Shown piece by piece: positions 1 to 12,700 of a stretch of DNA of 64,000 nucleotides; within the stretch, counting starts at the first letter, position 1; each line of letters begins with the position of its first letter. Below the pieces are notes generated by a model, which was given only the letters and a program-made list of their open reading frames with translations, made no database searches and was not told where the DNA came from. Origin of the DNA: Tubulanus polymorphus (taxonomy: Eukaryota; Animalia; Nemertea); assembly GCF_964204645.1 (NCBI RefSeq), contig NC_134025.1:18637101-18701100 (forward strand). Direction: 5' to 3'. The translations under genes were made by a program, and so were the position numbers.

Positions 1-699
1 AATTTATTTTAAAATATGTATTTATTGAATTTGGGAATTTTATCCCGGAATTTCAATGTAATAAGGATCAATAAAGAATTGAATTGAATTGTCACCTAAT
101 ACACATGCCATCAGAGGACACGGAGCCGTATATGACAGCCATGCTATTATAAAATGCTAATCTCACGACACTTGCATACTCCTAATATCAAACATATTTT
201 CTAAAACGTTTGAATATTGAAATTATATGTTTACACATTTTCATATTGACCGCTTGTAGCCGCTGATGAAATTCACGCTTGCCCTACACACATCGTAGAT
301 AGCTTCGTCATTCCACCGGCATGCCCACGTCAGGGTCTGACTTTTATATCAGACTTCCGCATCGTGTATACATCCGCCATTTAACCGAATAATCCGATTT
401 ACTTATCATTTCAATTTATACCTGCCGCTTCTGATATAATCATACATCCTTTACTATTACAATACGTCTTCTAATGATATTCAATGCAATATAACATTTC
501 GACGGTCAAATATAGGTCATTATATAATCACAGGAAGCCATTCTACATCTATGTCAATAATATTTTGCCAGATAGCTTGTTTGTGTACACATAAACCTGT
601 GACGTTTTGCACATCGATTTACGGCTGTCGTTTGTAAAATGACGCTGAATGGTTAGCATTGTTTAGGTTTCATAATGGTAACGTTTTATAAGGCGTCAA

Positions 700-1440
700 A
701 AAAAGAATTGTCGGGGCGACAAAACCAAAATAATGAATTGTCGCGGGCGACAAAACCAAAATGGTGAATTGTCCAGGCGACAAAACCAAAATGTTGAATT
801 GTCGCGGGTGACAAAACCAAAATAATGAATTGTCGCGGGCGATAAAACCAAAATAATGAAATGTCGCGGGCGATAAAACCAAAATAATGAATTATCGCGG
901 GCGATAAAACCAAAATATTGAATTGTCGCGGGCGATAAAACCAAAATAATGAATTGTCGCGGGCGACAAAACCAAACTAATGAATTGTCGTTGGCGACAA
1001 AACCAAAAAAAGAATTGTCGGGGCGACAAAACCAAAATAATGAATTGTCGCGGGCAATAAAACCAAAATAATGAATTGTCGTGGGCGATAAAACCAAAAT
1101 AATGAATTGTCGCGGGCGATAAAACTAAAATAATGAATTGTCTCGGTCGACTAAACCAAAATAATGAATTGTCGCGGGTGATAAAACCAAAATAATGAAT
1201 TTTCTCAGGCGACAAAACCAAAATAATGAATTATCGCGGGCGATAAAACCAAAATATTGAATTGTCGCGGGCGACAAAACCAAAATATTGAATTGTCGCG
1301 GGCGACAAAATCAAACTAATGAATTGTCGCGGGCAATAAAACCAAAATAATGAATTGTCGCGGGCAATAAAACCAAAATAATGAATTGTCGCAGGTGATA
1401 AAACCAAAATAATGAATTGTCGCGGGCGACAAAACCAAAA
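700..1440. repeat. 31-bp palindromic minisatellite array
   Basis: Tandem units CGA(C/T)AAAACCAAAATAATGAATTGTCGCGGG; junction forms TTGTCGC-GG-GCGACAA inverted repeat. Confidence 0.95.
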
Positions 1441-2466
1441 TAAATTGCCCATGGGCAAAGTGTGGTTTACCTTGAAAGCTAGAGGTTGTTTGGGGTAAGG
1501 GCATTGCTTGAAAAATCTTTTTAATTCGTGACTTCAAAGTTCTATTGTATTTCATCTTTCTCAAAGAAATATTTTGTAGTCAAATAAGACCAAAAATATA
1601 CATTTGTTTGGTCCACGTCCAAAATTTCGTAGGGTACAGGTAGGCGCGGCAGGGAAACTATTTTATATTTTCAAAGAAATATTTTTCACAATATGAAAAA
1701 ATATTCAAATAAAATTCATATGATGTCACATATCAGAGAGTGGCTGAATATTGAGTCTTGGGAACGAAACCTCTTCCAATGTATGGCCGTGGAATCTAAA
1801 ACACCGGAGCGTAGTATTAGATCATTTTAAATCTTGGAATTAACCATTACAATATTCAGACCTCGACCTATACCTATAGTTTGCTGCTTAATATTTTCAG
1901 GTCACAAGAAATTACAATTTATTATAAATTATATCAAACAGAAAACATAGCGCTCATCTTCTGTTGATGAAATGTCAGACGCGCCAGCAGGCAGCGTTTA
2001 CAGTATCACTATAGTAGTGTATACTGTACGAGCGTGTGTTTGTGTATGCAACAGTCTATAGCACAGTCTATAGGCCTTGTGTAAGTGAATGTTCGCTTGT
2101 ACTTCAGTCTGGATCAAATTGATCACCGGGTATCAAAATGAAACAATACCTATGGCGGACAATAATTACATGCTCATCAGCAATGAGCATTTGAAATTTG
2201 CATGTACGGCACCTAGTCCAATGAAACGTTCGCCATTCTATGGCTTTCCCATGATTATTTTAGTAGCGCCGGAATTCCCCGTATATCCCAAAAACAGCCA
2301 ATCACATTCGCTCGTAGAGACAACGCCCCTCAAACGAGGTCATTGCAATTATATACGCGAGAGCTAAGAATTTTCCCGCCAAAAACAGTTTTTTGTAGAA
2401 TTTAAACAATGTTGACCATGTCATCGACGGAGGTTCGCCATATCTTTAATCGCATCGATTATACGT
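1441..2466. mobile_element. Interspersed repeat family 3 (probably Helentron/HINE-like), truncated
   Basis: Starts with hairpin TTGCCC-AT-GGGCAA; 1441-1707 matches 37140-37418 and 1708-2465 matches 44868-45620. Confidence 0.6.
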
Positions 2467-3553
2467 AAAACCAAAATAATGAATTGTCGCTGGTGATAAA
2501 ACCAAAGTAATGAATTGTCGAGGGCGATAAAACCAAAATATTGAATTGTCGCGGGCGACAAAACCAAAAAAAGAATTGTCAGGGCGACAAAACCAAAATA
2601 ATGAATTGTCGCGGGCGACAAAACCAAAATGGTGAATTGTCCAGGCGACAAAACCAAAATGTTGAATTGTCGCGGGCGACAAAACCAAAATAATGAATTG
2701 TCGCCGGCAATAAAACTAAAATAATGAATCGTCGCGGGCGACAAAACCAAACTAATGAATTGTCGCGGGCGACAAAACCAAAATATTGAATTGTTGCGGG
2801 CGACAAAACAAACAAAAAATTGTCGCGGGTGACAAAAACAAAGTATAAAACCAAAATAATGAATTGTGGCGCGCGTCAAAACCAAAAACCAAAAATTGTC
2901 GCGGGCGACAAAACCAAAATAATGAATTGTCGTGGGCGATAAAACCAAAATAATGAATTGTCGCTGGCGATAAAACTAAATAATGAATTGTCTCGGGCGA
3001 CAAAACCAAAATAATGAATTGTCGCGGGTGATAAAACCAAAATAATGAATTTTCTCAGGCGACAAAACCAAAATAATGAATTATCGCGGGCGATAAACCA
3101 AAATATTGAATTGTCGCGGGCGACAAAACCAAAAAAGAAAATTGTCGCGGGCGACAAAAACAAAATATAAAACCAAAATAATGAATTGTCGCGGGCGACA
3201 AAACCAAAATAATGCATTGTCGCTGGCGATAAAACCAAAGTAATGAATTGTCGTGGGCGATAAAACCAAAATAATGAATTGTCGCCGGCGACAAAATCAA
3301 AATCATTGTTTTCTCGCGTCATTTTAGTTTTGTCGTTTTGTCGTAACCTTGAAGCGTCTTCAAAACTTCCCAAAATAACTGGATTCCGTCTATGGACGGA
3401 CGAAAAGTGAACACAATAGCCCGCTGGGACTAAAGACCCAAGTGGACTGAAAAAGAATTGTCGCGGGCGACAAAACCACAATAATGAATTGTCGCAGGCG
3501 ATAAAACCAAAATAATGAATTGTCGCGGGCGACAAAACCAAAATAATGAATTG
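2467..3553. repeat. 31-bp minisatellite array (interrupted by inverted cap 3304-3345 and HINE-1 end fragment 3345-3450)
   Basis: Same unit as 700-1440. Confidence 0.93.
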
Positions 3554-4759
3554 CAGGGCTGCCAACCTTTCAAAATTCCATTTAGGGATGAATGGCAGAT
3601 TAATTAGGAATATTGAAGGTTTCAATAGGAATATATCGAAACCGAAGAAATTGTGACTTTTCCAAGTAGAAATATTTTGCTTTCAATTAGGAATACCTTT
3701 CACGTGTAATATATGAAAGCTGGATATGAAAATATGGAATTATTAGCAAAATAAAAAATCAGCAAATTCTACAGAATGTATTTTTTCTTTATTATTTTAT
3801 GAAAGATAGAAATCAACAGTGTTTATCAAAAATATACAATAGACTAAAAAATAAGAACATAAAACTGGCATAAATTGTCAAACGAATTACATAACACTAT
3901 ACAGCTGTGATGCGAATATATCCATTTCCAGCATCAATTCCACGATACTGTCCAAGAGAGACTCCACGTACAGAACTGAAAGATACAAACAGTAAAAAGT
4001 CTCTAAATCTACATGCTACTCGATGGTGCTGCCATCTGCCAAATATGCGAACTAAAAGTTTACTTTGAGATGCACTGCTCAAAAGCATCTTAAATTATCT
4101 TTTTAAATCAAACTAACACAAGAGTGACAACATTAAGGTTCAAACTAGCAAAGCAATTGCTTACCGAAACATTTCAAAGAGTCCACACGTTGAAATCTAA
4201 CCCGGATCTTCGAATGCTAATCGCGCTGCGAAAACGAGCTAATTACCGCAGTAAACCGATTCTTCTCCGAAACGATGCGGAGCAATTTGACAATAACAAT
4301 CACATTTTGCCACATGTCATAATATTTTCACAAAAATGATTGAAAACAACGTATTTTAAAACGAATGAACTTTATTTTTATTCTTGAAACAAATTAAAAA
4401 GCTGCTCTCCTACTACGAAATAATCGTACGCCATGCGTAGATAAAATCAATAACACAGCTACTCTCATACACACACACGCACGCACGCGCGCGCTAGTAA
4501 GCGCTGTTTATCGCCTGACCCACGTACACAGTATATAGCCACGCACTCATCCACCGCGGGCGTGCATATAAATTCCCCACCTATTCAATTCTGTTCTACC
4601 AAATCATCATATTGTGTTACAACGCGCTGGCGGGTGGAAAATCGGACATCGCCGAAAAAGAAAAAAAAAGTCGGAATTTTGTATACCCGATCGTATCGTC
4701 GGAATTTCTTCACGCAAATCGGGAGGATTCCGAATAATTCGGGAGGGTTGGCAGCCCTG
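3554..4759. mobile_element. Non-autonomous hAT-like DNA transposon, 6-bp TSD
   Basis: Perfect 14-bp TIRs CAGGGCTGCCAACC / GGTTGGCAGCCCTG; GAATTG duplicated on both sides, and the satellite consensus supplies the empty site. Confidence 0.85.
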
Positions 4760-6199
4760 GAATTGTCGCAGGCGATAAAACCAAAATAATGAATTGTCGC
4801 GGGCGACAAAACCAAAATAATGAATTGTCGCGGGCGATAAAACCAAAATAATGAATTGTCTCAAGCGACAAAACCAAAATAATGAATTGTCGCGGACGAT
4901 AAAAACAAAATATTGAATTGTCGCGGGCGATAAAACTAAAATATTGAATTGTCGCGGGCCATAAAACAAAAATAATGAATTGTCGCGGGCGACAAAACCA
5001 AAATATTGAATTGTCGCGGGCGACAAAACCAAAATGGTGAATTGTCCAGGCGACAAAACCAAAATGTTGAATTGTCGCGGGCGACAAAACCAAAATAATG
5101 AATTGTCGCGGGCGACAAAACCAAAATAATGAATTGTCGCGGGCGACAAAACCAAAATATTGAATTGTTGCGGGCGACAAAACAAACAAAAAATTGTCGC
5201 GGGTGACAAAAACAAAGTATAAAACCAAAATAATGAATTGTGGCGCGCGTCAAAACCAATAACAAATATTGTCGCGGGCGACAAAACCAAAATAATGAAT
5301 TGTCGCTGGTGATAAAACCAAAGTAATGAATTGTCGAGGGCGATAAAACCAAAATATTGAATTGTCGCGGGCGACAAAACCAAAAAAAGAATTGTCGGGG
5401 CGACAAAACCAAAATAATGAATTGTCGCGGGCGACAAAACCAAAATGGTGAATTGTCCAGGCGACAAAACCAAAATGTTGAATTGTCGCGGGCGACAAAA
5501 CCAAAATAATGAATTGTCGCGGGCGACAAAACAAAAAAAAAATTGTCGCGGGTGACAAAAACAAAGTATAAAACCAAAATAATGAATTGTGGCGCGCATC
5601 AAAACCAAAAACAAAAATTGTCGCGGGCTACAAAACCAAAATAATGAATTGTCGCTGGTGATAAAACCAAAGTAATGAATTGTCGAGGGCGATAAAACCA
5701 AAACCAAGAATTGTCGCGAGCGACAAAACCAAAAAAAGAATTGTCGGGGCGACAAAACCAAAATAATGAATTGTCGTGGGCGATAAAACCAAAATAATGA
5801 ATTGTCGCGGGCGATAAAACTAAAATAATGAATTGTCTCGGGCGACAAAACCAAAATAATGAATTGTCGCGGGTGATAAAACCAAAATAATGAATTTTCT
5901 CAGGCGACAAAACCAAAATAATGAATTATCGTGGGCGATAAAACCAAAATATTGAATTGTCGCGGGCGACAAAACCAAAAAAGAAAATTGTCGCGGGTGA
6001 CAAAAACAAAATATAAAACCAAAATAATGAATTGTCGCGGGCGACAAAACCAAAATAATGCATTGTCGCTGGCGATAAAACCAAAGTAATGAATTGTCGT
6101 GGGCGATAAAACCAAAATAATGAATTGTCGCCGGCGACAAAATCAAAATCATTGTTTTCTCGCGTCATTTTAGTTTTGTCGTTTTGTCGTAATGTCGCC
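4760..6199. repeat. 31-bp minisatellite array ending in an inverted degenerate cap
   Basis: Same unit; ends ...TTTTGTCGTTTTGTCGTAATGTCGCC as at 40836-40883. Confidence 0.95.
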
Positions 6200-9100
6200 C
6201 TCATTTGCATATTCGTGTTTTGTTATCTTATCAGCCACCATACTAAACCTTTAAGGTCGCGTAAAACTCGATAAACACTTCAAGCGACACAGCGAACGAT
6301 CTCCTTTCCCCCACAGCGAACGCTTACTCCGAATGTCAAGTGTGAGTCCAGCATACGGATAGGAGTGTTTTATACTTGTATTTAGTAAATACCTTGTAGA
6401 TTTGACTATGATCGGTATGTACTGTAGGAAATATAGAGTATTGATGGTATAGATATGAGTGAAGTCAATCTTAAGAATCAGCAGAACATGGCGTCACAAG
6501 CCCCGGGGCTTGTCACGCCATATCTGACATGGCGTCACAAGCCCCGAGTAAAATGCAGACTATATATAATTCACGCGGAACGAAGATATATGTTCGCGTC
6601 GAACGGACCCATCCTCGCTTGCCAGGGGTCCAGCATCACTCCCGAACTCGCTTCCACCAGCTGATTCCATTTCTGGCGCTGTTGCGCATGACGTCATGCA
6701 TATATCGATTTGCGAAATACTTCCTTGTTCGGTAAAACGTTCACTGATTGGTCCATTTAATGGGAAAACCAACAGAAGTCTACTGTCGGTTTGTTACAAG
6801 CGCTGTGATTGGTACGACCGGATTCTGGTCGGCTAGTAACGACTCCAACGACTCGTGAGGTCAAGGGGTTCGGGGAACAGCTTTAGCGTAGTGGCTCCGA
6901 ATCCCTTGACGGGTGAAGATGAACGGATTACGTTTTTAAGTCCGATACGATGTGTAAAACCTGAATGATATAATTTCAAGTACCGGTATGTCAATGTGTA
7001 ACGAATTTCTACTTTTTCTTAACTCATTGTCTAAACGTATACACAGTACCGGTACTTATACGTTATTTTGAAGTATTCCGTTCAGTGCAACCACTTTGAA
7101 AGAAAATTATATCCCGTTTTAAGATTTTTATGTAAAATTCTTCGAATATGTTTTTTGCAGGTTTCCGTTATGGTGCGAGACGATCACTGAGGAGATCATC
7201 AGCTACATTTACCAAAGCGATTTTTGTATACTTTTACATATGAACAAAATAAAAACAACGATTTATAAACTTTCTAAGACTTAATGATTGTTGTACTACT
7301 GATTGAAATTTAAGATAAAAATTTAAGATAATCAGTCACAATTATTCATTTATTTCTACGGAAATCCGATCGGGTCCTCTCACGCCATGAAAATTGAAGC
7401 TATTCTGCAGACCATTTAGTGCTCGATACGCCATATTGGCTGCTGAACATTTGGGGCCTGACACGCATAGAAGACAAATCGCGATTTTTCTAGCAGTATT
7501 TAATTTGTTTTATAAGACTTTATGATTATGAACAATATATAACTAATTGAAACTAAAGATATAATTAGTGACAATTAGTTGCTTCCATAGAAAACTGATC
7601 GGGTCCTCTCACGCCATATTGGCGGCAGAACACTTTGGAGCCTGACACGCCATGTAGAAGACAGCGTGATTTTAGGAGCTTTTTGAAACAATATTTGCCT
7701 TTTTTCTAAGTCTAAATGATTGACAAACCATGTATAATGATCAATCTTTGAATATTTATGAAAATTATTCATCAATTGAAGCTATTCTGCAGACCGTTCG
7801 GGGCCTGACACGCCATATTGGCTGCAGAACATCTGGGGCCTGACACGCCATGTAGAAGGCTTAGTGATTTTAGGAGCCATATTGACTGCAGATCACACTA
7901 GATTGGAGCCTGGCTCACCATATATGTTTTTCTAACAATATCTTTGTTCTTCTAAGACTAATTGATCAACAAATCATGTGAAATAGATGAATGATTCATT
8001 GAAATGTAAGATAGTTCATTAAAATTTTTATTCTGTAAAACTCATTCAGTAGATATGTAATGTTTTTGTATTTTTCATATGCTGGCGAAATATGTGATTG
8101 TTTAAATTGTGTTTCAAAATAAAGTGTGTACACTGCATTAGATTAACAAACAACGATCAATTTCTATTCTGTAAAACTCATTTTGTAGATATGTATGCCA
8201 GTGAAGTAGGATAAGATAAGTTTTTAAGTGTGTTTTAAGTGTAAAATGTTTTCAATCTATCAATACATTCCGTAAATAGATATGTTAAGTTTTACCTTAT
8301 CCTGGTATTTTCCTGTTCCATCAGATTCTTACAAAATAAGAAATTCATATCAAATAAAGTTTGACTCAAACATTACTCGTTATAAGTTATTGATTAAAAG
8401 TAATCTTCTGAATCAAATCATTTTCATATATGCGATGTAATATGTAGTTCTTATTATGTATATATAGTACGTTGTAAATCATCTATGACAAATAAATATC
8501 CAATCGAATATTTCAACTTCGGAAGAAAACCCCGCGAGACGTAGTCGACGTTTCATCTCCTGCATAGGATTTGATTTGGCGTGACAAGCCTCGGGGCTTG
8601 TGACGCCATATGCAGCAGGTCTTAAGATTGCCCTAGATGATTGATATGGAGGCCTGCGGCCAAATAAAGTAATATATTCTTTTATTTTGATACCTCGTCG
8701 ACATAACAGCTTTTCTCCGCTATATCTCTTCGGCGTGTTTAGTTTAGGCCTACGACTCCCCGGTACACTTATGATTTATCTTAGTAAAAACACGGTAAAT
8801 TTGGTAAAGAAAAATAGGTATTGCTAAATTAACTGCTTGACGCCCGCAGCCAAATCACTGGTAGTAATAAATTAATTTGTACTCGATTTGATTCTCAGAA
8901 TGAGGAGAAACTCGCAGCTGATTCCCGGAACGACGATGTAGTGACACACGTCGATTTGTCGATGTTTACAGCTCGACAGTGCTTTTAAAATCTAAAGTAG
9001 TAAATTTCCTGTGTATTGGTATTATAATTTGATGAGGAAAATGGGTTATTGTTAAAATTAGTTTTAAAAAACCGCGACAGAATGTGCAATCTTTGGGTAA

Positions 9101-9452
9101 TAAATTTGTTAATTTATGCTTGAATTGATAATCGATGTGACAAGAAACGTGCGGTAGATTTCGGAAAGACGACTTAGAAAAACATGTCGGCTCTTTGAAT
9201 GGGGCTCAATTTTCGATGTTTACGGCCCGACAGTGCTTCTGTAACGTTGATTCTTCAAAATTTGCACGGAGTATTTGTAGAACGAAGTGAGCTGAATGAT
9301 ATCAAACGGATCGTATCGGCAACAGCGGTAATGTAAAAAAGCCTATGTACTTTTGACAAAAAATGTGTGGAAAAAAATTATAATAATAATAATAATAATA
9401 ATAAGAAACACGCGAATCTCAATAGGGTTTTCTGTGATGTAACAGAAAACCC

Positions 9453-9491
<39 letters not shown>

Positions 9492-9596
9492 GAAACACGC
9501 GAATCTCAATAGGGTTTTCTGTGATGTAACAGAAAACCCTAATAATAATCACGCGAATCTCAATAGGGTTCTCTGTGAAGAAACAGAAAACCCTAA
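6200..9596 (-). mobile_element. HINE family 2 (Helentron-type non-autonomous element), right arm with three terminal hairpins
   Basis: 6200-6460 and 8640-9400 match 40884-42176 and 44160-44770; ends with (AAT)n microsatellite and hairpin TAGGGTTTTCTGT-N6-ACAGAAAACCCTA repeated three times (9423-9595). Confidence 0.7.
6465..8635. mobile_element. Unclassified TIR element with palindromic subterminal motifs
   Basis: ~55-bp imperfect TIRs (CAATCTTAAGA...TGGCGTCACAAGCCCCGGGGCTTGTCACGCCA); absent from the homologous HINE-2 copy at ~41430; internal repeated CCTGACACGCCAT motifs 7380-7850. TSD not resolvable. Confidence 0.65.
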
Positions 9597-9738
9597 ATAT
9601 TTTTTTGCTTAATCCATTCAATGCGCCCATTAGTAGTGATTACGAGAAAGTAATCTGGGTCTAAGTGCTAAATTGCTGGAAATTAATCCAGCATTTAAAA
9701 AAAAATTTTTCTTAAATTATTTCTTGCAATAAACTTAC

Positions 9739-9904
9739 CGTGTATGACTTCCACTTGCTGCACACGATCCATCCCTGAAAGCGCTTGCATGCCTTGCTCG
9801 TATTGGGAGCCAGGATATGTTATATCCAATCCTTTTTCTTCATAACTTTTCACAGTGTCAGCCTCATCAGTCAAAAAGCTAATCTCCTGTTGCGCATACA
9901 TATT
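9739..9904 (-). CDS. UBR7: UBR7 coding exon 8
   Basis: NMYAQQEISFLTDEADTVKSYEEKGLDITYPGSQYEQGMQALSGMDRVQQVEVIH (FLTDE.DTV..YE.KG; ALS.M.RVQQVE); TTTTAG/GTAAGT, 166 nt. Remaining C-terminal exons not found in 1-9738, so they lie outside the window. Confidence 0.9.
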
Positions 9905-10023
9905 CTAAAAAGCAGATAGCAATGTTAATAGAGAATGCCAAAATAGTGAAGAGCTATTAGACCTGTTTTCTATTATTTGGAGTACGTATCCAGCTCCTGG
10001 AATTTGGTAAAAATCATAAAATA

Positions 10024-12351
10024 ACTAGGGGTCCAGGGACACCACGCGCACTTGGGAAGTGGTTTCAAATGCTCAACAATCTAACAATTTCAATACATAA
10101 CGCCCCTAGTGACCATATACAAAAACCAATCGTCAATCAATCCAGTGCTTCATCTAGCCAAAAATAGAGGGGCGGTCCTCCCCACCTCTGAAAATAGCCG
10201 CCCTTGTGCCCTTCAGATGTGTCCCATGCACGCCCTTGTGCCCTCATCACTTGCCGTAGGTCCGCCCTCCTGCCCTTGTCGGTCACGAGTAATGAGTCAG
10301 GGCTTTCAAAATAATCCATCGCATCCAACTGTTAGTAAGAATCCTGTGACGGCTATGAAATATCTCGTATGATATCAATGATAGTAGCTCATGTGATCAG
10401 TGGTTATATTTAAATGTACTGCAGTCAGTGTGCATCGTGTGAAAACGTGCCTCAGACGCGTGGCCTAGTTAATGTTTCCAAGAAATTGGCTGACATCCAA
10501 ACTACTGCCAATCATTCAAGCGTCTGCCGTTATAAAGCTGCTAGTGTATATTTGATGGATTGATTCGTTTTGAACACATCGTGATGCTCTGGATCTTTTT
10601 ATCTAGACTATTAGAGAAATTTTATATATACAAGGTGAAAAACTTTGTTCGGTGAACTCAGAGAAACAATCGCAGAGACAATTAGTTTGATTGGCCTTAT
10701 AGCAATAATGTGTTCTTAAGCTGGCTGCTTACCAATTATCAACAGTTACTTGCCAATCACTAACCCTATCAATTTAAATCAATTAATTTGATATTTCTAA
10801 GATTAAAAATATGCAATTTCATGTAGGCCTATACTGGCTTTTTTCACTGTACCATTTGCTTTTTAAGATTGCCTTTTTATGCTATTTTCAGTCTGCAACT
10901 GGTTTTCCAAATCATTTTGAAAGCCCTATCTATCATATTATTGATAACCTTTTGTTCATTGACAGGAATAGGTGTAAGGATATACTGTGGTCAAGTGTGT
11001 CACTCATGGCAAAATCAGACTTAAACATAGTTTCTATAGTCCTCAATCGTAGTAGGGGGTACCTCGATTCCATGCAATAGGGAACATTGCAGGTTGCCCC
11101 TAAAACAGATGTGAGTGCATTATTACGTGCCCTTGCTCCAATGGAATCACGCAAAAAAATGCCCTTATTTGAAATCAGCACCATTCCCTTTTTTAGCCCT
11201 GAAATCAACACCCTGCCTTTTTTAATGCTAGATGAAGCACTGCAATGACCTTGAAACCCACCACAATCATAGAACATGTCAGCAGCTACGATTTTGTAAT
11301 TTGTTGTGATAACAAAATATGCATGGGTTACCAATTTAATATGGAGATACTAAGTTATTCCACTATTCAACGCCCCCTGGTGACCATATGCAAAACCCAA
11401 TGACCTTGAAACTTGCCACAATCATAGAACATGTCATGAACTGCAACTTTGCAATTCATCAGGGTAAAAAAATATGCCTAGGTACCAATCTAATAAGGAA
11501 ATACTAAGTTATTCTTCTATTTATGCCCCCTGGTGACCATATAGAATAACTAATGTCCTTAAGACTCACCACAATCATAGACAACGTCATGAGCTACAAT
11601 TTTGCAATTGACTGTGGTAACACAATATGCATAGGTACAAATATGACATAGAAATACTAAGTTATTGTATTATTCAACACCCCCTGGTGGCCATATACAA
11701 AAACCAATGACTTGAAACTCAGCAAAATCATAGAACATGTTATGTGCTACAACTTTCCAATTGATTGTAGTAACACAATATGCTTACGTACCAATATAAT
11801 GTGGAAAAACTTTTTCCCACCTACTAATGAGTACTGATGGCACCAAGATGGCCGCCAATTGCGTCATAATTGGCTAATCAAAAATACCTGTCTCAGGTAT
11901 AAATCCCTTTCAAAAGAATACCCATCACAAATTGCAATGAGAAATGGCAAACCAGTAGGAAGCTACAGGACCCAGAATTCTGGCGAAAATTTACATTTTT
12001 GGGCACTAAAAAGGTCATAGGACGGCCATCTTGAGTCCGATCCACCCAACTTTTCTTATGCCCATGGGCCTTTGGGGGTAACAAATATATACCAAAGATC
12101 ATGTGCAAAAAGTGCTAATTTTGGCGAACAACAATGGCTGCCAGTCGGCCATCTTCATTCTGACAGGGCCAGTTTTTGGGCTGAGGATGTGTCAAGGGTA
12201 GATACATGTGTAACCCAAATATCAAGACATTAAATTGAAGCGTCTTCAGAACTTCCTAAAATAACTGGATTCCGTCTACGGATGGACGGACGGACGACTG
12301 ACGAAAAGTGAACGTGATAGCCCGCTGGGACTTAAGTCCCAAGTGGGCTTA
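10024..12351 (-). mobile_element. HINE family 1 copy (with nested hAT MITE 10143-11242)
   Basis: Subterminal inverted repeats CCCACTTGGG/CCCAAGTGGG, terminal hairpin AGCCCGCTGGGACT-AA-AGTCCCAAGTGGGCT, (GGAC)n microsatellite, ACTAG end, ~153-bp internal tandem units, inserted in A/T tract without TSD: DINE-1/HINE architecture. Confidence 0.8.
10143..11242. mobile_element. hAT-like MITE
   Basis: 16-bp perfect TIRs CAGTGCTTCATCTAGC / GCTAGATGAAGCACTG; inverted homologue at 54116-56315. Confidence 0.8.
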
Positions 12352-12700
12352 AAAAAGGATTTTTGCTAAAAATATTTTTGGATATGTCTTGATAATGTAA
12401 GTAATCTAGTATCTAGTAATGTGCATAAGTTATGTTCATCTTAATTTTCAATCGCATGAATTGCAAACCAGAGAGAAACTTTCTATTTTGGGTTTCTATG
12501 ATGGTGCGCAACAGCCAAATTTCTCCCTTTTAATTGTAGGCATAGCAAAGAGCTATATCTGCATCTTCCCTTCAGACAATTGACAGACTATCCCTATCCT
12601 TATAAAAACTGATCGTCAAGACTTTACCAGATTTTTAAACTGAAATGTGACCTTGACTAATACACCAGGTTGACTTGTTCACAGGAAAATACGCCCTTAA

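Noticed and set aside
700-6199. CRISPR array or REP/BIME cluster (palindromic ~30-bp repeats)
   Set aside because: No unique spacers, units abut directly, no cas genes, and the context is a spliceosomal-intron gene.
670-6210. Many overlapping minus-strand ORFs up to 415 aa (MVLSPATIHYFGFIARDNSLFWFCRPRQFIIL repeats), also 40270-40830
   Set aside because: The 31-bp unit lacks stops on that strand and rotates through all three frames; starts are TTG, indels are frame-blind; no evidence of coding selection.
9380-9596. Mini CRISPR-like array of hairpin repeats
   Set aside because: Spacers are (AAT)n microsatellite; repeats match HINE-2 termini elsewhere in the window.
1-9738. Terminal UBR7 exons
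   Set aside because: No minus-strand segment encoding the expected Y..(L/M)K..L..(Y/F)L..F or EDI..FF motifs with splice sites found; presumed outside window.
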